NCBI GenBank assembly: GCA_038889235.1
Contig: JAWAHN010000003.1
Coordinates: forward strand, 323,703-355,702
Length of the DNA: 32,000 nucleotides
Direction of reading: 5' to 3'
Source: Candidatus Jordarchaeales archaeon
GTDB taxonomy: Archaea; Asgardarchaeota; Jordiarchaeia; Jordiarchaeales; Freyrarchaeaceae
The notes under the pieces were generated by a model. It did not search any database. It worked only from the letters and a program-made list of their open reading frames with translations, and was not told where the DNA came from. Within the stretch, counting starts at the first letter, position 1. Every line of letters starts with the position of its first letter. Below are positions 18,110-27,994 of the stretch, one piece after another. Both the position numbers and the translations under genes were made by a program.

Positions 18110-19063
18110 GTGGAGCCTAAGGGTTATGTTGCGCTTTTTGCTGTAGTAGCCTTCGCCTTCGCGTTTGTCTACACCACTTACACTATTCCAGCGCAGGCGG
18201 CTCTCGGAGCGATTCCTTACTTTGTTGACGCTAGAGTACGGGTTGCTCATTTTGTTTACGGGGGTATAACTGTAGTTGCGGCGCTTTTGGCACTATTTGC
18301 CTACAAGGCTTCGAGACCCCTGGTTGGGGCGGGGAGACGCGTAATAGAGTACTTCGCCCTAGCACTAGCATTCTACGCGCTGGGAGCCGCAGCCACCACC
18401 ATAGGACTAGCATTTTTCATAATCACGGGAATGTCGTTCAATCTAACCACATGGCATGGACTCGTCTACCCCTGCTGTATTCCCGTGGCAATGATGTTTT
18501 CAGGCATAGCTCCTTACTTCATGCTCAAGTTCGGCCACTGGATGGCTGAGCAAAAAGACCCAGGAATCAAAAGAGAAGCAACAGTACTCACACCACTATC
18601 AATACTCCTAGTAGCAATGACGCTTCCTACGAACTGGTTTGGAGCGTACGCTCCGAGGTTTAGCTTGCTGGACATGCAGCTGAAGGCAGGAGTGCTCGGA
18701 GCACTAGACCCCCTCCCAGAACTCAGCATACAACTACACCCAGACGTAAGGCTCCTCGCAAATGGTCTACTATTATTCGTCAACTTGGTGGCATTAATCC
18801 AGATAATCGTGTTTTTGCGTCGTAGAATTGTGAGTGAGACGGAGCACTTGAAGGCTGCCAGGCTCAGAACGGTACTATTCGGCTTCCTAGCTATGCTAGG
18901 ATTCTTCGCCTGCTACACACTTGACGCGTTGATGGGAGGAGGTTACACTGTCCCATTGTTTGTTGGCTTCGTCTTCGGCATAACAGCTTTAATATTGTTG
19001 TATATTGGAGTGGCGGCTCCCAAGTGGTACACGTCATGGATCCAGAAAAGAGCAAAAAGTTAA
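18110..19063 (+). CDS. 8-TM receptor-like membrane protein, paralogue C
   Basis: 317 aa with the same TM layout as 14851..15813 and the tail LYIGVAAPKWYTSWIQKR. Confidence 0.85.
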   Translation: MEPKGYVALFAVVAFAFAFVYTTYTIPAQAALGAIPYFVDARVRVAHFVYGGITVVAALLALFAYKASRPLVGAGRRVIEYFALALAFYALGAAATTIGLAFFIITGMSFNLTTWHGLVYPCCIPVAMMFSGIAPYFMLKFGHWMAEQKDPGIKREATVLTPLSILLVAMTLPTNWFGAYAPRFSLLDMQLKAGVLGALDPLPELSIQLHPDVRLLANGLLLFVNLVALIQIIVFLRRRIVSETEHLKAARLRTVLFGFLAMLGFFACYTLDALMGGGYTVPLFVGFVFGITALILLYIGVAAPKWYTSWIQKRAKS

Positions 19064-19829
19064 ACAAGCAGAAAAGATGCAGCCCCCGCAATTACTAACT
19101 TTTGCCATTGAACACGTCAACAGGCAGCTAAACTTTCTCAAAAGGCATTCATACATCAAAAAACTCACCACAAATCGTAAGTTCAAATAGAAAGTTGGAA
19201 CGAAAACCAACGTGACCTCACACTAGGAGACTGCTAGCTAAAAAATCCTAGAAAGACTTTAAAGGAGCATTCATTCTGGCTCAAGCCCTCCCAACACCTT
19301 TTAACTCTTTTTTACTTTAAGGCAGAAATCGGCCTTTTAATTTCTAATACGGAAATTTTTAAGGGAGCTATGAAGAGAGCCTAAGTAAATCTCTCAAATT
19401 TTTCAACTACATACAACACCCCTTTACTCCTCGTGAATTGAAAATCTTGGTTTCGGCACGCTTATTGCATCCCTTTTACCCGTACTTTTCCTCTACTGGC
19501 TTACGCTTTCAAACCTCACAAACTGATTTAAGTAAAAAACAAGCCAGAAGCGATGCGAAACACAATCAACTATTGCTTATCTACTATTAAGAGGATTCAC
19601 GGGGGTCTAAATTTAGCTCATCGCACGTAAATTTTACTTAATAAAGCAATCATTCATCCATTTACATAAAATCCAAATCCTAAAAGAAGTTCACCAAATA
19701 GTTGAAAATCTCAACACAGAATACCCCTGCCTCTTTTTAAGTGAAATTTTAAGTAACATAAGTTTTTATTTTTGTGTCAATCATAATTATTTTAGTTATA
19801 ATTATTTTAGTCAGGGTGGTTGGGGAGTA

Positions 19830-21114
19830 ATGGGAGCCGTTCCTTTGTTTGACCGTAGTGTGGTTAAAATAACGTCTATTTTCGTCGCTGTAATGTTAGG
19901 CATTGTTCATCCTGCCTTTTGCTTCTTAACTTGTAAGAACCAATTTATTGAAACAATTTCTTTCTCGGGTTTAACGTTTGCTACTTTATTTGGCATCGGT
20001 ATTCTTTCAGGACTCCTACTGTGGGTCTGGTTAGGTAAGGAGCTGGGGCATAGGGCTTTTGGTGTTTGTGATTTTGAAAGTCCAACTAGAAGAATTGTCT
20101 TTGCGTGGTCCTTGGTTATTCCTGCTTCACTTCTCGTAGCAACGCCAACTCTATCTGTACTGACTATTCTGTATATAATTGGCCTACTCGAACTTTTCCC
20201 TGCAACATTTCTTAGCATCTTTGCAGTTATACTTGGTTTTTTTATCATATGGATCCTGATGAACAATGTCCAGTTCAGAGAATCCATTGAGGTTTATCCA
20301 AAACCAATCATAATGCTCACTATGATTATATTATTTATTACAGCATTAGTCGTAGTCCTCTATTTTATTTATGTTTCAATTAGCAATTGGCAAAACAACC
20401 TTCGGATTCTATTTTTTATCTTACCATCACTATGGCTCCTGCTCACTAAAACGATCCCTATCCTAAATTTGCCTGAAGCCGGATCAATTGTACTTTTCTC
20501 GGGAGTGCTCCTATCTATATATATCATTACGGGCGCTGTGATCTTCATATTCTATGCTTTTAGGTATATTGAAGAAACTAGAAAAGAAGTTACTAGCAAT
20601 CAAGGTTTAATTATTGTTATGAAAGCAGGTGAAAATAAGGATGTTAAGTGGGAAGAATTAAAAAGAGAGTTTTCAAGTCTAAGGGGAGAGGTTTGGGCAA
20701 GTTTACCTTACTTGGATGAAGATTCGGTAGAAATTCTTGAAGAAATTCCCGAAGATACGAAAGTACATATTATCACAGGCGTGGTGAACAGTAAGTTTAA
20801 AGAAAAAAATACAAAATTTAAAACGAAAAAAATTACGAATAGTTAAAATAAGTAAAAAAGAACAAGATAGCCCTGTGATCCATGATAGAATTGTAGTAGC
20901 TACTAATAAAATTCTAATTATAGGAACAGATATTAAAAAGTCAAGCCTTAACAAAGATACATTAATTTTAAGTCTTCAAACCGATAAAATCAAAGACGTA
21001 GAGAAATTGGTTAACCTTTTGAAAGAATACTGGAATAAAAAGGACTACGAATTGGAAGAGCAACACAATGCACGTAGAGAAACAATATATCAATACCGAG
21101 ACGAAAAGGAATAA
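19830..21114 (+). pseudogene. Multi-TM protein with a C-terminal PLD-fold (HDR-type) domain, split by a frameshift in an A7 run
   Basis: ORF 19830..20846 has about 7 TM, then WASLPYLDEDSVEIL...VHIITG. Removing one A from 20803-20809 gives EKIQNLKRKKLRIVKISKKEQDSPVIHDRIVV...LIIGTDIK, which joins ORF 20875..21114 into about 427 aa. Confidence 0.7.
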
Positions 21115-22132
21115 CGTTAACAGAATGTTAGAAGAAATTAGTTAATTTAACTCGATAACTTAATTGTGTTCATAATGAAAATTATTTTTATCTTCGCTTA
21201 AATTCTTGTAAAGAGATTCGTTAATTTTAGGTTTATTGTGCGTGGTGTCTTTGGTTCGTCTTTGAAGTGTTCTTCTGTGTCTTTGTATTTTTGTCTTCGC
21301 AACTTCCCCTTTTTTGTACTTCTTTTCTTGTGACGCAGATGCTTTCTTTATGTTTTTTGCTCTTATTTTTCGATGAGTTGGTTAGATGTGTGATTTTTGG
21401 GTTTGTTTGGCTTAGCGGTGGGATGAAGATAGTTTATCGTGAATGTGTTGTACCGGGGACTTGTTGAGCTCGACTATTGTTCCGATCTCGTGCTCTGCTC
21501 TTTTTCGTATAGTGGGGGACGTTGAATCTTAATATGTTGAGTCTTATTTGGAGGTAGAGTTCATTTTTTTCTGAATTTTCGACCTCACTTGTGAGGCATT
21601 TGTAGAGTCTGTTAATGAATTGTTTTCGTTACGCAGCTCCGTTCGTAGGAGTTTTGAGCTCAATAGAATCTGAAAAACCAGGATCCGCTTCGGCTTATTC
21701 GGGACTGAATGGTTCATGTTCTTCAATTGATTGTTATGCTTGCTGAATGTTAATTTGCTGATGGAGGTAATTAGTTTTCTCGTGACATTAGGATTCATAG
21801 AAGTAAATTTTACTGAAGGAGGTTTAGAAGCGAATTATGAAAGAATTAAGGAAGTTCCTCGGGAAGGCAAGAGAACAAGAGATTTACGGATTCAACCTTT
21901 GGTCGAGAAGGCGATGTTCCGAAAGACCGACATGAAAAGCACAAGGAAAACTTAAAAGACAAATAAAAAGGCCATATAGAGGCGAAAGAGCCGCAAAACA
22001 TGGGGATTGAAGGGAGGGTGGGTGTCTTCTTTTTGTGGCGGTGTCTTTTTGAGGTGAAACGAGTTTCTTGCGTGTTGGGGGTTTGAAGCGTTTTGTGTGG
22101 TGGGGTGAGTTTTATGTGTGATGGAAGGAGGT

Positions 22133-22843
22133 TTAACGGTTTTTTCTTAGTAGGGCTTTTAGTATTCTGACTATTTGTTTAACTGTTTGGCTCCAGAGGA
22201 AGGGTATTGTTCTCCACGTGTGTGAGTATCCGACGGCGGGTATTGAGAGTATGATTCGGGAGAGTATTGTTGCGAGTATTCGGTGTGCTGGGAAGAGTTT
22301 AAGGGTTGTGGCTAAGTACCATGTTTGGATGGTGTCTCTTTCGACGTAGTGGTGGATTACTCCTATGCTTGGCAGCGTTACCCATTTTCCTTTCTTTTTG
22401 ACATGTCTGTAGAGGATGTCGTCTTCGCAGTGGAAGACTTTTGGAGGGTTGTAGTCGAAGAATACTTCTCTTTTTATCAGGGTGTTGCAGATGAAAAGTG
22501 TTTCTCTGGTGTGGACTGGTTTTATCTTGTTGGTGACCTTCTTGTAGGCTTCGACGTGTATGTTGTCGTCTACGCGCACCGTTGAAACTGCTACAACGTT
22601 TGGCTGCCTGGCGAACTTGCTGACGACCTCGAACCAGTTTGGCGGAATTACGACGTCGTCGTCGAACATGGCTATCCATTCGGTTTTACACTTTATCGCT
22701 CCTATCTTTCTCGCTACGGAAAGCGGCCTCGAAGTCTCAAAAACCACGTTGTTAACCCATGGTGCGCTCGCAAGAACTTCTAAGAGGCGAGGGTTCACCC
22801 TCGAGGGGTTCCTAGTCGGAATTAAAACATCAACCTTATCCAT
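22133..22843 (-). CDS. Glycosyltransferase family 2
   Basis: MDKVDVLIPTRN, LSVARKIG, WIAMFDDDV (DxD) and FHCEDD are GT2 motifs. Likely start is ATG 22843. Confidence 0.88.
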   Translation of the reverse strand: MDKVDVLIPTRNPSRVNPRLLEVLASAPWVNNVVFETSRPLSVARKIGAIKCKTEWIAMFDDDVVIPPNWFEVVSKFARQPNVVAVSTVRVDDNIHVEAYKKVTNKIKPVHTRETLFICNTLIKREVFFDYNPPKVFHCEDDILYRHVKKKGKWVTLPSIGVIHHYVERDTIQTWYLATTLKLFPAHRILATILSRIILSIPAVGYSHTWRTIPFLWSQTVKQIVRILKALLRKNR

Positions 22844-23823
22844 AACGTGCACCAACACGCACGTTAGAGCCTTAAAGATTTCGCATGCCACGCATACAAA
22901 AATTTTGTCCCCTTACCTTGAGGAGAGGAAAAGGCATCGCACGTCAAACCACGTGCACATGAACACGCAACCTGCAAATTTCTCCTTTCACACACCCCTT
23001 TATACCAAGAGGCATCTCCATGCGGACTTATAGTAACGCTTAGCATTCAACACTTACATTTCCATTTGAGTCACTTGGAAGCAACGCAGAAACCCTTCGA
23101 AGACACACAAGCTACGCTAGCCGGCTTCGAGCGAGTAATCCTCTTTTTCGTTAAGCCCTTCCTTCAACCTACCCGAAGATTAACGTTCAAGTAATACACC
23201 CTTCAAACTTAGAAGTTCTACGAACTATTTATATGCCGCTCAAGAAGTCGAGGCAGAGGTTGTGTCTGCACTTTTCGTGGTAAGACTTTGTTTCAACGTG
23301 TTTTTGTGCATAATGCATGATGTATATTATTGGTTGGAGGTGGTTTCCTACTGTTAGGATAGGTGGTGAGGCTGGGAGGGGTTATTGTTTGGTTGATTTT
23401 TGGGGTTCGAGGGATTTCGGTCGGCTGTGATATCGCCGCCAGGCGAGGTAGACTTTTCGAGACGAACCTAGAGGATGGTTCGTGATTTGGTTTGGATGGT
23501 TTGTCTTTTGGCAGCCAAGGGGGTTTTATACAGTGGCGTGTCACAATGCCGGGTTAGGTGAGGCTGTGGCCCTAATTGGGAAAGTTCGTCTTGAAAGTTT
23601 TAGGGAGTGGGGTTTTGCTTGCTGACAGGAGTTTTGTCGAGAGATGTGAGCTCGTTGAGAAGTTTGCATGGGACGTGCAACTTCCAGGAGGCTGGACGAG
23701 TGTGCCGTGTCATTTTTCAAGGAGTATTACGTTGGAGGGGTTACTTTTGGTGTTTTAGATTTTGCCTCAATAGGTTTTTAGAGTTGCGCGTTTTTACTAT
23801 CGTGATAGTGGTTTGTTTGGTTT

Positions 23824-24300
23824 TTGGGTCCTTATGGACGCGTTTTGGACAGGCTTGTTGAGCGCTTGAAGGAGCGCTTTGACCTCGTTAGTGTGGTTGT
23901 TTTCGGGTCTGTGGCGAGGGGGATTTCAGGAGTGATAGTGACATAGATGTTTTGATCGTGGCTGACAACCTGCCTGACAGGTATGAGCGTTTTAAGATTT
24001 TCGACGAGGTAGAGAGGTGTCTGGAGGGTGAGCTGAACGAGTTGAGGAGAGCTGGGTTTAGCGCACTCATCAACCCGATAATTAAGTCTGTCGAGGAGGC
24101 TGGTAGGTTTTCCCACTCTACTTAGACATGGTTGAGGACGCCGTCATACTTACGATAGGGACGGCTTCTTTAGGGGGATTCTCGATAGGCTTAGGAGGAG
24201 ACTAAAGGAGCCTGGGGCTAAACGGGTGCGCCTAGGAAAAAAGTGGTACTGGGTTTTGAAGGAGGACTACCGTTTCGGGGAGGTTATAAAGATTGAATAA
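23824..24300 (+). pseudogene. MNT nucleotidyltransferase antitoxin with three 1-nt deletions
   Basis: Reconstructs as VVVFGSVARG[D]FRSDSDIDVLIV...FS[P]LYLDMVEDAVIL[Y]DRDGFF...KWYWVLKED...IKIE*. Confidence 0.88.
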
Positions 24301-24719
24301 CGTGGGAATGGCAGCGTCATACTTGGAGGAAGCTTTGAGGAGGATTAGGTGGCTGAGTGGGCTCTCAACGAGGGGGCTACGCCTATTGCATCAGGCAGTC
24401 GCAGGAAGCCGTAGAGCTGGCGTTAAAGGCAGCGTTGAGAGTGGTGGGAGTTGAGCCTCCAAAGTGGCATGACGTCAGCCCAGTCTTGTTGGAGAGCCGT
24501 GGACGTTTCCCTAAGTGGTTTGACGAGAAAATAGATGAGCTAGCGTCAACGTCGAGGTGGCTTAGGCGTGAGAGGGAGCCCAGCATGTATGGCGACGAGG
24601 AGAGCGGTCTACCTCCGCAAAAGCTTTACACGAAAATCTACGCGGAGAGAGTGCTTAACGAAGCGAGAAACACCGTTAAGCTAGTTCACAGGCTAGTCCG
24701 GGAAGGGCTGAATAAGTGA
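24293..24719 (+). pseudogene. HEPN-domain toxin with two 1-nt deletions near the N-terminus
   Basis: TTG 24293 overlaps the MNT stop. It reads MAASYLEEALRRIR[V]AEWALNEG[G]YAYCIRQSQEAVELALKA...PPKWHDV...REPSMYGDE. Confidence 0.85.
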
Positions 24720-24800
24720 GCTGAGGCACTTTTGCACAGTCTTTAGCCAAAAATAGTTAGCACCATCTTTTTCAAAAGTTGTTTGAACCTGTTCTGCAGG

Positions 24801-25220
24801 TTACCTCTGCTTTTTCTTTGTCACTTTCACGATTCCCTCATCTGCATCCACAACTACGTGGTCTCCCGTTTCTATTACTTCAAGAGGGTTCCTGTCTAGG
24901 TTGTCTATGAAGGGTATCTGTGCGAGTATTGCTCCCGTCAAGAGTATTTCTTCGCTTTTCACGTTGATTATGGCTGCTGGAGCCGTGCCACGCTTCTTCA
25001 TGGCGTAGACGGCGAAGGGGTTGTACGTCGTTCCTTTCCCGTAGGGGAATACGAGGACTTTCCCCTTAACGCTTTTCCCCTCTATTTCGTGCCCTTTCTC
25101 GATCACTATCCCAGTGTTCGGGTCTACGCCTCCAACGAAGGATATCGGCTGCCTTGAGACTAGCGCTTCTCCCTCAGCCTTCCCCCCAACCAGTCCACGT
25201 CCCTTCAAAACCAGGCTCAT
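24801..25220 (-). CDS. Aconitase X swivel-domain (small) subunit, DUF126
   Basis: LKGRGLVGGKAEGEALVS..ISFVGGVDP.TG...GKVLVFPYGKG matches the family. ATG 25220 overlaps the large-subunit stop (TAATG). Confidence 0.92.
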   Translation of the reverse strand: MSLVLKGRGLVGGKAEGEALVSRQPISFVGGVDPNTGIVIEKGHEIEGKSVKGKVLVFPYGKGTTYNPFAVYAMKKRGTAPAAIINVKSEEILLTGAILAQIPFIDNLDRNPLEVIETGDHVVVDADEGIVKVTKKKQR

Positions 25221-26458
25221 TACTTTCCCCTCCACCTCCCGGTTAATGCCGCCTGTATGCATTCACGCGTGCTCCCATAAAGGTGTTCGACTCCTGGAGC
25301 GTAGTAGGCTGACCTCGGAGAGTTTGTTGCTACGACTTTAACGCCTCTCGCAGCGAAGGGCGCGCCGGGCCCCATGCAAATGTTAGTAACGACTAGGCCG
25401 CCTGCTTTCTCAATTGTCTGTGTCCACCCAGCCTTGTCAGCCACGACCTTAACCTGGTAGGATGTCCCAACCCAGAGCTTTACACCGTCATGCACTTTTT
25501 TGCCCTCAAGCATACTGGCTATCTCCCTTATCTCGCTGTACGTCAGATGTGGGCAACCAAAGTTCACCATGTCAACCTTGTCCTCGCCGGTAGTGGAGAT
25601 CTCATCGTACGCCGCCTTTACGTCCGACATGTCAACCTGGACTTTCTCGGGCTTCTCCCCTCCGCACGCTGCCTCGAGCGTTGGGGCCTCCGGGGTCAAA
25701 CCGGGTATGTGGAACATGGGTATAGCTCCGCTGACGTGGAGCGGTGAGGCGATAGCCCTAAGCTGTTCTAAACTGAGCTTTTTCGGGAGGCCAATGAACG
25801 CGGGAATCTCGGTGCCCACAACTTTTCCCACGTGGAACGCCAGCGCCCCCCAGTCGGCGTCGCTAAACTCCTTGAAGTCAAGCCTACTGCAGTCGACCAC
25901 AACACGCGCCCTTCTGTTCTCCTTCAACAATAACCCGTACTCGGGCGCCCTCCCTGTGATCGCAACACAGTAGTTCGTTACTATTCCATCCATGTTTCCG
26001 CGCGCTCCGAGAACGGAGTTAGCGAAAACAACTCCGGCGGAGCCAGTCCACGAGAAGACGTCGCCCGGCATAAGGAAGTCTCCGAGGAGGTACTGGATGC
26101 ATGTGCCCATAGGTATGACGCCCATCTTGAGGGAGTAGCTGAAGATCTGCTCTGCAAGCTGCTTTATCTCCGGCGAGTTCCCGTATATGGTGCCGACCTC
26201 CTCCCAGTGCTCGTAGTCTATGCCCCAGGGATGCCTCGTCGTGAAACACCTGAAGCGTGCACCACCCTGAATAAGCCTCTCATACCACTCAACCTCTTCG
26301 AGAAACAGTCCGGCAGCGACGTGCGCGCTCTTGGCTTCAACCATCCTCTCCGCACCGTAAGCCTCGGCAACTTTTACAAGTATCCTCATAGCTTCCTGGG
26401 TAGCAGCTCCATACTCCCCGTCAAACATCCTTTCTTCTTCCTTCGTGAGGAAGACCAC
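25220..26458 (-). CDS. Aconitase X catalytic (large) subunit, DUF521
   Basis: FLTKEEERMFDGEYG, FANSVLGAR.N, GCPH and three candidate Fe-S cysteines (GTCIQY, GCPH, NICM). Confidence 0.92.
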   Translation of the reverse strand: MVFLTKEEERMFDGEYGAATQEAMRILVKVAEAYGAERMVEAKSAHVAAGLFLEEVEWYERLIQGGARFRCFTTRHPWGIDYEHWEEVGTIYGNSPEIKQLAEQIFSYSLKMGVIPMGTCIQYLLGDFLMPGDVFSWTGSAGVVFANSVLGARGNMDGIVTNYCVAITGRAPEYGLLLKENRRARVVVDCSRLDFKEFSDADWGALAFHVGKVVGTEIPAFIGLPKKLSLEQLRAIASPLHVSGAIPMFHIPGLTPEAPTLEAACGGEKPEKVQVDMSDVKAAYDEISTTGEDKVDMVNFGCPHLTYSEIREIASMLEGKKVHDGVKLWVGTSYQVKVVADKAGWTQTIEKAGGLVVTNICMGPGAPFAARGVKVVATNSPRSAYYAPGVEHLYGSTRECIQAALTGRWRGK

Positions 26459-27337
26459 AACCCTCCCTCCGGTAGGAAGAATACGGAGCAGGCGAAGCTA
26501 TTAAAAGTTTTTAGGGGGAAGTGCGGAAGATGCTCACGTGGCGGAAGAACACAGGCCTCCCGAAAACCGTACTTCAAGCTCAAAGTTAGTTGTCACGTTG
26601 CAGACTCCTTCACCTGTAAAAACCCGCTCTGAAGGTTCGGGCTCCGGCGGCCCCTGTACTTTTCGAGGTTTTAAGTTCCCCCGTACATGTGTTTATGTTT
26701 GAAAACGTGGTGGTGGAAAGCCAATGGGTTTATGAATGAGCTTCAGAGGCTGAAGAGGGATGAAGTACTTTTCACACGTTATTTTTGAGTTCATCTAGGG
26801 GAAGCAAGATGAGAGCCTCGGAGTGCTGGAGGGGCACATATTGGAGACTTGCGGATGAAGAGCTTAAGCGAGCCGTGACTGAGGATAGGGTTAAGGGACA
26901 TGATTTTTGACAAATTCTTTAGCTCTGAGAGATTTACAGAGATTCCCTTTAAAGAGTAAAGGGAGAGGTTGAGCTAACGTAGATTAAGCATTTACGAGCT
27001 CTCACAGGGGAGCGGAGTACGTTAAAACGAAGTGTGAGCGGAGCTACGAGTACAAGCCGGTCAAGATACTCGTGGGGGTTTGAGGTCCTATTCTTCGCCA
27101 AAAAGTCTTTGAGATCCTGGCGGCGATATGGGAGGATGAAGGGAGAGGGGGAGGTGAATGACACGAAAGTAACGATCTCGGTTATCAGGCTTTAGAAGAG
27201 GTCCTAAAACCCTTAGAGGAGGATTTCGGTGTAACAAGGAGGTTGCCGAGGACCTTAAAGTTGAAACGTTAAGGGCACTAAAAGTGTAAGGTCGACTTCC
27301 CCCCGGGATTGAGCGGTTGAAGCAAATAGGGGACGCT

Positions 27338-27994
27338 TTACTCTTGCCGGCTGGAATACAACAGGATTACATGGGTGTTTGGGGCGAGAAATATTTCGGC
27401 TGGGCTGACGCCGAAGTCTGTTAATGGTGACCAGAAGGGGACGCCGTCCACGTCTGGCCCGCACGGTACACCGGCTACTGTGACGGACGCCTTGTAAGCT
27501 GCCCAGACTATTTCACTGCAGTAGTAGCTGTCCCCGTATATTCTCTTCTGGAAACAGTTCCAGTTACATGGCTTCCCCACCTGGTTGAGGGCGAAGAGCG
27601 CCGCTGCGAGCCTAACATTTATGGGGGCGTTGACTCTGAGCACGCAGAACTCCTCACACTCTAATACGTACTGAAGGGGGCTGCAAACCACCCCCCTCAC
27701 GGTTCCCTCCACCACCATCCCCCAGCCAACGTATATCATTGCGTGAGTCCAGTAAGGCGAGTAACGTACACCCACTAGGAGGTCTTCTACTCCGCTCCCC
27801 CTAACGAGTATTATGTCCCCGGGCTGGACTACCTCTTTAAGGCGGCGCTCGGCGGAGTCCTTGTCCGATACGTGTTCGCACGTCGTGAAGGCAACATCCG
27901 TGAGCTGCGCTGGGAAAAGGTTGCAAAAGTTGACCACTAGTGGCAACGTAACTACTAAGGGTAAAGCTAATAGGACAAGGACTCGGCGCTTCAT
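27338..27994 (-). CDS. Permuted papain-like NlpC/P60 (YiiX/YebB-like) protein with an N-terminal signal or anchor
   Basis: QPGDIILV...WTHAMIYVG (His) precedes YYCSEIVWAAY (Cys), the permuted order. The N-terminus is hydrophobic. Confidence 0.85.
   Translation of the reverse strand: MKRRVLVLLALPLVVTLPLVVNFCNLFPAQLTDVAFTTCEHVSDKDSAERRLKEVVQPGDIILVRGSGVEDLLVGVRYSPYWTHAMIYVGWGMVVEGTVRGVVCSPLQYVLECEEFCVLRVNAPINVRLAAALFALNQVGKPCNWNCFQKRIYGDSYYCSEIVWAAYKASVTVAGVPCGPDVDGVPFWSPLTDFGVSPAEIFLAPNTHVILLYSSRQE

Noticed and set aside
15178-18745. Diversity-generating retroelement (TR/VR pair) as the explanation for the A/C repeats
   Set aside because: There is no reverse transcriptase in the window. The shared blocks have no mismatches, and differences outside them are not adenine-specific.
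21230-21960. ORFs 21267..21467, 21544..21798 and 21731..21955
   Set aside because: They are products of strong T-rich strand skew or stop-riddled frames with no recognisable domain.
23290-23820. ORFs 23293..23544, 23576..23758 and 23607..23861
   Set aside because: They are short and mutually overlapping, have skewed composition and show no motif.
26620-26660. GGTTCGGGCTCCGGCGGCCCC resembles a tRNA 3' end or att site
   Set aside because: No T-stem pairing, no upstream cloverleaf and no second copy or integrase.
26640-27330. Possible decayed small genes (e.g. WRLADEELKRA, FEILAAIWEDE)
   Set aside because: The fragments are too short and interrupted to assign.
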